NCBI GenBank assembly: GCA_017499595.2
Contig: CM039001.1
Span: 2,542,001-2,606,000 of the forward strand
DNA from: Psilocybe cubensis
Lineage: Eukaryota
Reading direction: 5' to 3'
DNA length: 64,000 bases
Both the position numbers and the translations under genes were made by a program. How positions within the stretch are numbered: the stretch's first letter is position 1; every line of letters begins with the position of its first letter. Of the stretch, positions 44,626 through 57,898 are shown piece after piece. Under the pieces are notes generated by a model. That model worked only from the letters and a program-made list of their open reading frames with translations. It made no database searches and had not been told where the DNA came from.

Positions 44626-46771
44626 TTATTCCACGAGCCCAGTGGCCGCAAACTCTTCAATCGCTGCCTGCACACTGTTACAAGTCGACAGAAGTTTGAT
44701 TTCTACCTGGCCTGGATAGAACCATGAACATACAGCCTTGGGTCAAATCCATCAGCAACGGAGCACAGCTACTTGAAAGCTAGCGACTCACAATCATTAG
44801 GTAGAAAGCGACCATGGCAATGCCTTCAGCCCAGTTTGTTTTGGAGTCCGCAGTGACATAGTTGACAAGGAAACAGGATCCCAACAGGACTGCCACTTCG
44901 AAAGTTTCTTCGAAAATATATATGTAAGCATATGTGTGATGTATCATAGTGCATTACCGCCTACCGAAGAGTAAGCTCAGTGGTTTATCAGTCCACCAGC
45001 CAATGAGGACCAAAAGGGGCATCCAGAACAACGTAAATTGGATGCTGAGGTCAATAGCCTCTCCTTTGGCTAAAGTAGTCGGGGGAGTGGGCTCGTGGAA
45101 GATGTGTCTAAACATGTATCGGACAAAATACACAACAGCGACAGTGCCATCTGCTGCAAAAGATACAAATGGCAGCAATATCAGGCCGAACCACCTAGTT
45201 GTAAACGACGAAACTTAAGCATGTCAAAATGCTGCACACAATAAGTCTTTTACATACTCGACTTTGATCCTGTGGCTTTTTTGTACAAAGTCGATGGATT
45301 CGACAAGCTGAAATGTTGGTATATGTAAGAACAGCTGAATTATATCGTCTGGGATATAACCTTACATATTCTGCCGTTGTAGCCATAAACGCGATGCATA
45401 TGGCAAGCATCAACATGCACACCCATTGATTTACTTCCGGGTCATCGTTTCTCAAATGTGCAACGTGCTCCTTGAATTCTTCGGGTGCTTCAGAAACAGT
45501 GACACGGGTGAGGTCATTACTATCGCCAGGAGGGTTATGGAGGTAGATCCGAGAACAGAGGTAAACGAAGAGCAATAATACCGCAAGGCCTCGGCTCATC
45601 TGCAAGAAACTGTGTCGAGTGTTGTCATCGACCGCTGTCACTACAGCCGCCTTATTGTTGACATCCAGCGCACCGCTGATAGCAGAGAAAAAAGATGCCG
45701 GGATAAGTAAACTCAGGACCCTAAAATACATTTCAAGATGTTAGTTAGTTTAAATTTGCATATAGCAGATATGAGTACCCAAGAGTCAGAAGGGAGTGGT
45801 TGAGTTGAGTTGAATGAGGATGCAGGTCTTGTTGAATTATCCGTGCTCCCCCAATGACGAACGCTGTGCCAGGTACAAGTAATAGATGTAGAATAACAAC
45901 GCCTATCAAATTTCAAACATCTTTAGTAAATATGTTTGATTTCTTGGAACAGAGGGGGACGGACCGATGATAGTTGACTTCAACAATATTAACCTGGTTG
46001 AAATATTAGACGCGTTCTAGAGTAGAAAAGAATCGTAAAGTAAACACTCACTCGCATTTTTTGAGAAGGATGATAGCGAGTGTGGCTTCTACGGCACTGT
46101 GTTGCATAACATTATTAGTATAAAACCTAGGCAAAAGCAAATATTCTCACTTATTGAGCGTTACAACAACCAGATCTCCCAGCTCCTTCCCAAGATAAAA
46201 GGCCATCTGCTCTCCCCCGTAATCGAAGAGTCTCTCCAGCGGAACGATTGCAAAAAAGCAGACTGCTTGGAGTCAATGAAAGTCCTTGTGATATTGACTT
46301 GCTTATGCTTACGGGAAAATGTAAGTGTATCATTCCAGTGCAAGAAGTGAGAAACCCAAGCAACCGGGATGAAGAACAGAAATATGTTGAGCCCTGATTA
46401 ACGCCAAATAAGTTCGTGACAATGACGGTAGGCGAGATACTGAAAAGAAATATCCTACATGATGACCAGAATATGGCGTTTAAACTTTCCAAGACTCCGA
46501 TATTCCTTTTCCCTTTCCTCGTAAATTGATCCCAAAATTTAACCAATTCTTCCTTGTTTTCTTGGAATTTGAATGCCTCGCCAAGCTCCTGACCGAGTTC
46601 CTGTAGACGGCTACTGCTGAGCCTACTCCGGCGGGATTCTGCTCCAGCAGATAACAGGTTGCCAGGACTATGTTTAGGCTCGATGCTGCCTTCTTCTAGG
46701 TCTTGAATACGAAGATGGGTGTGTGTCCGCTGGCGAGATTCGCTGCTATCGGTGCTGGCGATTTTGGACAT
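44626..46771 (-). CDS. Ca2+/cation exchanger (CAX/Vcx1 family), atypical
   Basis: Multi-TM protein with LGDLVVVTLNN-AVEATLAII, SRGLAVLLLFVY, WFGLILLP, LVNYVTADSKTNWAEG. Confidence 0.85.
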
Positions 46772-48763
46772 GAGGCAGAAACGACGTTGGGCGGTATGGC
46801 CGTTAGTATTTAGGGGATAGGGGATATTTTTAGCCTCTGCTGGGTGGCCTCAGGCAGGCCAGTGAAGACGGCTGGTCACAGTATATAGGGTTGGGAAGTA
46901 CCCCGCTGAAGTGTGGAGGATAGTTGGGGTATATAGTCAAGGCTCCGGTGTTTCGAATTGAATGCATCCCTTTAAGTAGGAGCACTCTGACAGCCCCGGT
47001 GATGAAGATAAAAATAAACCTTAACGCCAAGCTGTCTTCAGTGTTATCCGAACTTCAAAATCTCCGAGCACGGCGTGAGAATGCTAAAATTAGCTACGCG
47101 TCGAAACATTGAAATCTACTTTTAATGAGTGCATAGAGCATAACCCGAAAAGCATTTCGCCTAACACACAAAGGTCGGATGAGTTTTAAAAGTTCACTTA
47201 GAACGCAAGAAGATAGTGGTTTTCTTACGGTATTCGATTCAGCATCTAAAAACTTCGACCTTGGCAAGTACCTGAAAATGGTTTTTTCTGGACAAGTTCA
47301 GGACCGGAATCGTCAAGCGCCGAATAGTACAAGCTATTGGACATCGGTGGGACAACGTTGTGTGGCTTCCATCCATCCTTTCATACACAAACATGTCGTG
47401 TGTATCCAATTACTTGAGGTTAATTTGGCAGTATGTAATCTATATTGCAACTTGCGGCATCAGGGCCAAACGCCGTCATGCTGGTTGCAATAGAAGTGCA
47501 TGGCCTTTAGGCTTGTGTTTACAGGGAGTGGCTGATGGATAGCGAAAAGGTCAACTGCATCTCGAGACTTGCGGCCTACCATCCACATCCACACTTCGCT
47601 TTTAGAAAGAACGCGGTCGACAAGGTCTATTGAAGACGTATCGTCCTTAAAGACGGCCATCTAATATGTCACAGATAAAAAACGGCGTTGTCAACGGTGT
47701 CTGCTGCGAGAGGCATAACATGGCTGATAACATTAAGAAACCTACCGTTGGCCAACAAAGAGTGTTACTGAACCTGGCAAAACTTCTTCAGGATTTCATC
47801 GATCCGTGACGTAAAGGTTGGCTTCGCGATTGGAGTAGGGCTACATCCATTTTACTGATGAAACGGGGTAGGAGTAGTGCTGCTTGTCAAGCGAATGAGG
47901 AGTAAAAGTTGTAACGTTATACATTTGATGACTGGCAGTGAAGGCCACCACAACTCCAGCAATGTTTCTGTTGATGCCCCTAGCACTTCCAGTTGAGGGG
48001 CTATTCATGGAAATAACGGCAGAAGATCCCGCGAACATTGCTGATGCTATTTGCAAAAACATATATGGATTTGACGAATATTTGTGAATTGTCATGTCCA
48101 AAAGTAGTACATGGTGCAGTGAAGAGGATGAAGCTATGAGACAGGAGATCCAGGGTGGCATTGCGGGAATTGAAACTTCCAAGTGATACCTGTACAACCA
48201 AGATAATAATCTCTCAAGGACTAGAGTTAATATCCCGCAGAAAGATCTTGGATGCACGAATATGTCAGTAATACAGACAAGAATGAAAGATATTCTTATC
48301 TTTCGACAAAGTTACTGAAAAACATACTATTCGGATCGCAACAAAGCGCAGAAGAACGGATATCATGAATCCCAGTGAATGAAGTCACCACAGCTATCGC
48401 AAAATACGTGGTGAGAAAGACAGAGGAAATACAAGGTGAATCTTAAGGATGTGGAAAATCTATATGTTTTTGGCGAGACGAAGAACAAGGAATGTGTTCA
48501 TCAGTGGAAAGTTGCCTGAAGATCATGACAGGAATTTGAAGTTGAAAGGGTGAACAAGGTTTGTGACGATCAGTGAATTATGTAATGATGCTTTTGTTTA
48601 TCGGGGATGGCCCACGCCAGCTCAAGCAAGCTGGGGTAAACAACACCTGGTGCATGTCAATTTCATTTAGAGGTCCGACTCACGTTGTCCACACTAACAC
48701 TCACCCTTGCCTGCACTTTACCAATTTGTAGCTTTCAAGTCATAAGGCTTGCAGGACGACAGT

Positions 48764-51700
48764 ATGGACGTTGTAAATAACGTTCGTGAATGTCTGAAGA
48801 CTTGGGCCAGTGGAGGAGATTCGAAACTGTATGCCTATCTTTCTATTTGCTGTGTCCCTGAGCGATATCTAATATTGTCTTTTGCAAAGCCGCCACTTCC
48901 TTGTCCAACCTCATTCCAACCCTTTCGACCCAGACTGTCTAGACACTCTTACTACAGCGTATCATACCCTGCTATGTGCAACTCTCGTGACATGGGCACC
49001 GCCTTACCCACTCTCACCCACAGCGTTGGCAGAGTTTATACTGTCCGTACTTCGAGCCTTACCGTCATCGTCCAACGTATCACCCAAGCATCCAACGCCT
49101 GCCTCTATATTCGGAGATCATCTCGTGGATATGATATGGGCTGTGGACCTTGAACTCGACGAGTTGCTCAACGAGGCACGCCTCTCGGTCGCTGAGGCAG
49201 CAGACTGGAAGTTGGCGTCAAAGGATGTGGCTAGCGTCCTCAATAAGGCAAAACGCGCACAAGCAAACGCAGAGATAGATAAACAGCGGATACCTTCTAT
49301 CGTCATGAAGTTTTTGGTGCGTCGACATAAACAATACTTGCAACTTCGGTTCCATATATGTGCCTTTTCAGGAACATGGCATCATCACCCCAAACCATTG
49401 CCGGGAAAGGCTGGAATCGACTGTTCTAGCCAGTGTAGGCCTCATCCAAGATAAAACGACACAGGATAAGAAAGAGATACGAACAAGAACTGGCTTATTG
49501 TGAGATCAAATACTACTCTTCATCCAATTTTACTGATTGCAGAATGGTTCTAAAGTTACAAACAGAACAAATTTAATCTTCTGCGAGAACAGTCCGAGGG
49601 ATATAGTAAACTCATTGTCGAGTTGACTAGTAGTCTTGGCCCACCTCATTCTCCTCAGTCTGGTAGGCCAACAGAGTCGTATTCTCTAATCGAAGACCGT
49701 GCCAGACCTGTGTGGGAGAAAGTCATCAGTCTCATAGGTTACTTCGATTTGGACCCCAATAGGGCATTGGACATTATCCTTGATGTCCTCTCACAGCACC
49801 TCACTACACATTACACTTTCTTCCTCGCCTTGTTGTCGTTCTCTCCTTGGTCTGGCTCATATCGTCGTCCTATCCCTGATGAAGAAGAAATGGATACCAA
49901 AGTCGAGCTTCCGGAGGGCGTGTATAAGGGGAAAAGTCTGGACGAGGTTTTAACCACGGCAGAGCTGCATTCAAGGCCCGCCTCGACTACCCCTCCAAAG
50001 AAAAGCGGTGCCCGAGTTTTAGCACAGGTGTTGGGATTCAAATTCAGTTATTACCAGGTCCGTATCACAAGTCTTACTACAGTAAGTTTGACCATCTAAA
50101 TTTCATTTCTATTCGCCAGGCTCCAGACGTTTCGGAGACGGCACCGTTGAATCTTTATTTAACCGCTGCTATCTTAATTCGCGAGGGCTTCATCACAATG
50201 GAAGACTTGTATCCGCACGTAAGTAAAATCTGTACCTCTAACTGATCCCGAGTTAACTGTTTTTTTCAGCTCGCACCCAAAGACGAGGACATGGACAACC
50301 TTCGACAAGAGTACTTGGCCGACGTTAAGGCCAGAATAGCTGGCGCGAAGAATAGTTTACTTGCGATGGCTGCCCCCCTTGAATCTGCCTCGTCTTCACA
50401 GCCAAAACCGATCGTGTCCTCTCAACCGGAACCAAAGCAATCGGAAACGAAGAGTAGAAATCAGAAAGTCGGCCTCCTCACAAGCTTACTTGCTGTTGGT
50501 GCCATCAAACCTGCGATTGCCATGTTAACCAAATTTCAGTGGTTGGTTGACTCCAATACTGAGATCGCCGATCTCATAATTCGCATAATGAAAGTATCGA
50601 TTGAACCACTATACGACTCCCTCTTAAAAAAACAACGCGCGGAAAGCTTCACAAAGCCAAGGGCACGATTTGGCCCTGCAGGATTAGCTTACCCCGGGCC
50701 TAGGAAGCCTGTCCTGACATTGTCGGCCCCTACTCCGCCAAGCACCAGCACTACCGATTTCGTGTTCTTCTTCCCTGATTGGGCGGATAGGGTACCACTC
50801 TGCAGAAGTTATGCTGACCTGGTAGATGTCATTGAGCCTCTCCTTCGTTTCATAGGCCTCCATGTTTCTCGCGACCCACTCTTTTTGTCTAAATTCTTGC
50901 GCATCGGTCGCCTTCACTTAACGTCGATCATATCCACCGAGCCTGCGGGAAAGAAGGCACAACTGGAACCTGTTGAACAGCATCCCGTACGGGCGTTCTG
51001 GTTTATGATTAGTCGACAATATTTGCTTCCTGCACTGTCGCTCATAAGAGGCAACGCCGTTTTAACTGTGGATGTCTGGTCTATCATCCGTACATTCCCA
51101 ACTGAGGCTCGATGGGAACTGTATGGCGAATGGAAACTTGGAATGTACCAATCTCATTCAGAGCTTCGTATCCGTCAAGTGCAAGCAGATCGAGAATCGA
51201 AAGGACTTCTTCGCCGCCTATCGCACAATACAATCGACTCATTATCGGGTCCCGTTGCAAAGTTGACGCACTCGAATCCTTGTATATTTTTGTCCAATGC
51301 CGTCAATCAAATCATGGCATATGATAATCTTGCAAGCGTCGTTATCCAAGCATTGCGTTATGTGACAAACATGGGTTTTGATGTCCTTGTTTTCATCGTC
51401 CTTGGTGCTCTAGCGGACCCAAATAAGGAGCGCGTTAAAAGAGATGGCGTCAATATCTCTGATTGGCTTCAAAGTATGTCATATCATCTGTCTTCTATAC
51501 TCGATTACCTTACCGATTGATTTGTCTCTAGGTCTTGCATCTTTCACGGGTATGCTCTTCAAAAGATATAGCGCAGACCTCACGCCTGTCGTCAAATACA
51601 TTGTGCACCAACTGCACAACGGCCAGACCACAGAAATAATTGTGCTCCGTGAACTTGTCTGGAAAATGGCAGGAATTGAGCCGTTGCCCAGTCTATCGGA

Positions 51701-54700
51701 ATCACAAATGGCAGCCATGGCTGGCGGTCCTGCACTCCGTATTGAGGCCATTGCATCTGCGACCCGTGGAGCAAGATTGGAAGTAGATTCCATGAAAGCC
51801 CCTGCGCGTCTTGGTACCACACTTATGGATTCTAAATTGGCTCTCCCTCTTCTTATACAAGTGGCTCAACAGCGACAAGCATGCGTGTATAAGGCGCCTG
51901 ATGCACATTTGAAGTCTTTAGCTGGGCTCTATGATGCAGTAAGTACCACAACTGCTCCGTAAAATTTGACCTTCAACTGATTCTATTTCAATCAGACCCA
52001 TGGCGTTTTATTGCAGTATCTGGAGCTTTTAACTTCTCCTTCTGTAATCCCTTCAGAAAAATACGCAGACGAGATCTTGCCATCTTTGAGGGAACTCGGC
52101 CAGGATTATGGTATCTGCGCGCCGATATGTATGCAGATCTTGCGTCCAGTACTCAACGCTAAACTATTGGTATGTTTCTGCCTCTTCACATCTTATATCT
52201 TCTTAATTTAAACCTCGTTCTAGAAAATTGCACTTGCCATGCAGGAACAAGAACGCATCGCGAATGAGGAAGCTGAAAAACGACTGAAGGCAGCGTTAAC
52301 TGCGAAAAGAGAGCCTAGCGTTTCACAGTCACGGGTTGCATCTCCCGCCATTGGGAATACATTAACTGTGACGCCAGAAACTCCGGAAGCCAAATTAGCT
52401 GTTGTTGAAGAACCTGAAACTGCTATGGAAGTTGATTCCACTGCTACCCCTACTGCTACGCTTGCAACTTCACCTCCGAAGGAAGAAGTGGGTTCCATCT
52501 CCTTTCCGATCCGGGCTGCTTGAGCTACGACTTATAACTATTACAGAGTCCGTGGGTGCCCGAGCTCGCAGCATTGTTCGACGATGTCAAGTCCATTGCT
52601 CCTGGAAATGCATATGAGGTCCTTGGGTAAGAATCTATTCACCATCACTCAAGACATTCTGTTTATAAGAATTATTAGACCTGGCTTCTACCTGACTTTC
52701 TGGCAGCTCTCGATCTACGATCTGTCACCACCGAGCTCCAAATACGACGAAGAAGGCTCCAGATTAAGAGCCCTTTCCCGACAAGAAGACTCGAAGCTCG
52801 CCGCTGCAGAACGATCGGCGGATCGTGCTAAGCGCCTGACTGCGGCTGCACATCGTGCCCGCCGCGACCGGTATACTTCGTTTGTTCATACACTCGCCCA
52901 GGAATTCAAAGAACAGACCATTTCCCGAGCATTCACTATAAAACGTCTCGCCAAAGAAAAACAACATTGGTTCACAAATTGTAAATACTTTCTATCTTCT
53001 GGACGGTCCTGATTTTGAAATTGTCTCCAACCAGCATCCAAATCGCCTCTTCTCATAAACTCCTTCATCGAAAACTGTGTCCAGCCCCGTTGCCTATTAT
53101 CACCGATGGACGCAGATTTCTGTGCTCAGTTTATCAAGGTCTTGCACCTACAAGGAACACCAGGGTTTTACACTCTGGGTTGTTACGATAGGGTACCCCT
53201 CGCAATCTTAATACCGCTTTGTTTATCCATCTAACAATTTTTTCTAGTTGATTGGCGATCATGTCAAGGTTATCTTATTTTCGTGCAGTGAATACGAGGC
53301 TCGCAATTACGGTTGGCCCTTTAGTAGCAACGCGTATATAAGCAAAGTCTCATTCTTCAAATATAGGTCGATTTCTTCTGGGCATTCTTCGCGATCTTCT
53401 TAGTTGGCACCTAGACGAATCGATATATACTCAAGAAAACCGGATGAAAGTTGGCGGCAAGACTATCGTTCTTCCTGGTTTCCACCCCGTCTACAAAAGT
53501 GGAGGAGTAAACGAAATCATGAAATGGACTAAATTCCACACAATCTTCCGTAAATGGCATCGAAGGTTGACTCAGGTCTGTTATTATATATATAACTTAC
53601 GCACTTGATTTATTGGTCTAATCCCTATTTCAGTCCTTTATTGACTGCATACAGACCGGAGAATTCATGCATGTTTATAATGCCATCATCGTCATGAAAG
53701 AAATTTTAGATGTTTTCCCTATGGCCTCTGTAAACGAGCACAGTGGATCGAACATCAATGCTGCCATTGATCGCTTCCTTGAGACAGAAGAACGCGGGGA
53801 TTTGAAAATTCTGGCGCGATCGTAAGCATTTAAAACTCTAAACTTAATAATCATTTGCCCATTATATCCCTTCGTCAGATATTCTGCTAGTTTGAAGAGA
53901 AAAGAAGCAGACTGGGCTTTACCCAAACAACCCAGTCAAACAGCGACTCCGAATGGCACATCATCCCCTAGACCTCCTGTACCAGCTTCGACCAGTGCAT
54001 CGATTCCAGAAAAACCTCGAAACACACCAGTACCCACTGGGCCAAGTGCACAGTCTGTCGCTGCCAGAAATGTACCCCAACCCCCTGCGTCAGCCCCTTC
54101 CGCGCCTCGTTCTCAGATCGCTAATCAAAATAGCAACATTAGTTCCACTAAGCTTGCAATGGATAGGTAGCTATGATTTTTCAAGCTTCTGGTTATTCAT
54201 TACGTTGACATTTTTCTATAGTATTCCTAGACCCGAGGTCGTCAAACGTGTGCGACATGACAATAAAGTCACTGATGTTCCAAAGGCGTCTCCTGACGTT
54301 GTAATGACCTCAAGTACAGACTCTGTGCAATCGAATGATCGTAAAAGCGTCCCTTCTCCGGCAGAAAGACCTCGCGATGAGCCGTTCGTACCTGTTAGAC
54401 CCAATATCACAGAACACCCCCGCCCGCCCCCTCGAGAACCGCAAAATTCTTCGCATGGAGGCGCACCCAATAATTATCCACACGGGCCTCGCTTCCACCC
54501 CCCTGAACCGTCACAGTTACGCTCGGATGCGCCTGTAATGCCACCTCCCGTTGTTCCAAGTCAAACAGCCTCTGCTCAGGAACTTCGTGAAACGGCGAGA
54601 CAGACCATCAGCAAATCGGACAGGACAGAACCGAGAAGTCAGAATGGCTCCGCAGCTCCATCTCCTCGTCACCGTTCACCTTCCCCAGCAAGTCGTCCTG

Positions 54701-56089
54701 GAACCAGAAATCCGAGCACTGAAAGTCGCACAAGCCGCAACAGTGGTGGAAAATCTAGATCAGACTCTGGTCGTGCGGATCGCAATGTCGATGATCGTCG
54801 AGAGCGTGACAGTCGACCGGAGACTCGCGAACCCACTGGACCTGTTGGACGACGCGATAGCCTCACTCACACTCGTACCGAACGTGGTGGACGCGACCGC
54901 TCAGGCCGTGATGGTGATAAAGATAGGGATGGGGACCGTGATAAAGACCGTGGCCGTGATCGACACGGAAGCGACAGGGATCGCGAAAAGGATAGGGATC
55001 GTGATCGTGACAGAGATAGGGATAGAGACAGAGAGCGCGATAGAGAGCGTGATAGAGATAGAGATCGTCACCGCCGGGACGACAAAGATCGCGACCGAGA
55101 TGTACGAAAGGATCGCGACTCTGGGCCAAGTCGTAGCCAGGCGGCACCATCCGCTCCAGTTTCTTCATCTCTTGATGATCGGGGTCTACCTACTCGTCCT
55201 GACCTTTCAAGAAATAGAAACGCGCCGCCAGTTGAAGAAAATCCTGGCAACAAGAGAAGGCGTTCAGAAGACGAAGTATGTGTTTTCTTTCCTAACTTCG
55301 TCTGCATTGCTCACCACATCGTATTATAGCCATCGGATAGAAACTCCAAACGAGGTGCTCGAAAAGAACGCGACGATCGAAGCCGCCGACCTAGCGACAA
55401 AGAAGATCGGAACCGTGATTCAGATAGGCGACGGAAAGAACGCGATGGTCTTGATTCTGATATTCGAACGTCATCTTCAGACAAGGTATGGCAATATATT
55501 TCGAAAATACATTGCAGATCATTGATTGAGTCTATGTAGCAGCCTAATGAAAAGCGACCTGAAGGTCCTCAAGGAAAACCAGTGGCCAATACCCCATCCG
55601 CCCCTCGAGCCATGGGTACTGATTCTTCAAGAAAATCTGAACCCATGAATTCCCGTGATCGCCATCGCGATAATGCGCCACCAATGAAGGATTTGCCACC
55701 AGGTCTTAGCAACGGCCCAAATAATCAACAGGAAGGTGGCTCGCGAGGTTCAGGTTTGGTCAGTCTTCGCTCTCGCATCAGTGATGAAGTGCCTCTGTCG
55801 TTCAAGGACGCAGGGAGAGACGAACGTGAGATCCAACGCAAACGAACCCTTGCTGGTATGTTACCTTTATTTTTATATCTTGGGAAAGAGTCATTATTCA
55901 ACTATATCGTACCTTTTAGATCGCGAACCCGACATGAACGATTCAGGTCCTTCTCATGACAATAGTGTACAGGCATCGAAGAGGCCGCGTATCAATCCAA
56001 ATAATCGTCGGACCTTCCCCAACCCTGGTCACGGAGGTCTTGCGAGAAAAACCTTGCCGATTGATCATGACAAGAACCAGAGAAGATAG
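48764..56089 (+). CDS. THO2: THO complex subunit 2 (Tho2/Rlr1)
   Basis: YKQNKFNLLREQSEGYSKL, LIGYFDLDPNR, FYLTFWQL, PRCLLSPMDA, EERGDLKILA and an RD-rich tail. Confidence 0.96.
54890..55118 (+). repeat. Coding low-complexity (RD/RE)n tract in the THO2 C-terminus
   Basis: Codon-degenerate gat-agg/gac-aga/gag-cgc hexamers encoding DRDRDR... Confidence 0.9.
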
Positions 56090-56261
56090 GCGTGTCAAAA
56101 TGTAGCATATTATCATTTAAAATATCCTGAACCCCAAATTTTAGTATAATATACACAATCGTGTCCCAGTTGAATGGAATATAAGTAAAGGTGGTGGCGA
56201 TAATACATTGGGATAGGTTCCTGTTTTCCTGGTAATTAATGTGGCGGTATATTCTGCTATA

Positions 56262-57326
56262 TTAACGCTTGATGAGAGTAAGGAATTCTTCGCGAGTTTT
56301 CTGTTGCGTCCGGAAACAACCTAGCATACAAGATGTCACTGTAAGTGACCCAGGCTTTTGCACGCCACGCATTGTCATGCAAAGATGTGTAGCCTCCATG
56401 ACCACAGCTACACCTCGAGGTTTGATAGCCTCTTGTACAGCGATCGCAATCTGCTTGGTTAGGCGCTCTTGCACCTGGAGACGCCGGCTAAATGTTTCGG
56501 CGATACGGGCTAATTTGGAGAGCCCTAATACAAGTTTATTGGGTATGTAGGCAATTGCGATCTTTAATTAATTTCACAGTCAGTCCTATGAATGACCATT
56601 AAAATTTAAGTGGTGTGAGATACTTACTTTGCCTGTGAAAGGTACCAGGTGATGCTCGCATAGACTTGAGATATCGATATCGCGAACCAGCACCATCTCG
56701 TCATGGTCTTCGGCGAAAACGGCGTCATTTATAACGTCTGAAAAACATTCGTCAATTGGCCCTGATAGTGTGGAATGATTGTTAGCCGCACCAGCCAGTC
56801 GTTCTTCATAACCCCGAGTCATCCACATCAGCGCCTGTGCATAGCGGATTGGCGTTCTCAGCAAGCCCTCGCGATTGGGATCTTCGCCTATACATTCCAG
56901 GATCGTTCGGACAGCTGATGCCATCTTTTTTTCGCGAGCATCCCTTTCCTCTGGGGTTGCATTCAGACGAGACACCGTGGATTTGGCTGAACAAAATACA
57001 TTGAGAATTGGACACAAATTATGTCTACCAAGAGACGCACCTGGCCAGCCTAAACCATTGGGATCGGGAACAAGCAAGTCCTGGGCTAGGTGTGACGAGG
57101 GAAGAGAATCGTTTGGCACACCATGTGTTGTTAGGGGTGTGGAAACCCCAGACTTCCGAAAGCCATAGCCATCTCTGGAGATGGGACTTTTGGGAATATA
57201 GGGGGGACCCTGACTATCATCTTCCCCTGTTTGGGGCTCTGTCGACGACTGTTGCTGTTCTACTTGGAGTCGCTGGAGAGTGTCGGACAAGAGAGCGACA
57301 TGTGAAGAGTCGATAGGTGCAGACAT
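56262..57326 (-). CDS. FOL2: GTP cyclohydrolase I
   Basis: [41 protein letters not shown]. Confidence 0.97.
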
Positions 57327-57898
57327 TAGGATGGTGGCTATTTTAGTTACAGAGTCGACGGAATGAAAAAAAGAGGTCAGATTTTTGCAAGTTACAGATC
57401 CGGAGCACGTGGCCCCTATATTAGGCTCATCCCATCACCGAACGCGGCAGTCCGTATCGCGGATTCGCTCTGCCTCTGGCTCATAAGCCCGCATTGTGGT
57501 CGCTCGTTGGCCTGTGGTGGACGCTGCGCTGACATGGTAGTGCTCTCTGTATATTTACAGCGAATTTACGACTTCTGAGGCGAAGTGTGGCTGTGATTTG
57601 ACGTCGGCCTTTCGGGCTTGAGTGTCCTTATTTGGATATCTGAAGGGAGTTGACAAATCGTTATAAACCGTACCGACTCCCCCAGTAGCATATCCGTCCT
57701 CTGGGTCACTTCTACCAAATTCGCTCATTGGTGTAGCACCGCAATCATACGGTCATGAAAAGCGTCCGGATCTCATACTTATATGAACAGTCGAGCAGAT
57801 TCATGTAACTTCCTCATCTTTTCGTGCATTTTGGTAGGTTTGGAGCAAGACACCCATTACGTTTCTCAGCATATAAGACCGCAAGCTACAAGCCTCAG

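Noticed and set aside
46995-47075. GTGATGA C-box-like motif in the CAX upstream region
   Set aside because: No properly placed CTGA with a terminal stem.
54551-55525. 324-aa alternative-frame ORF over the THO2 tail
   Set aside because: A by-product of the stop-poor RD repeat; non-ATG start.
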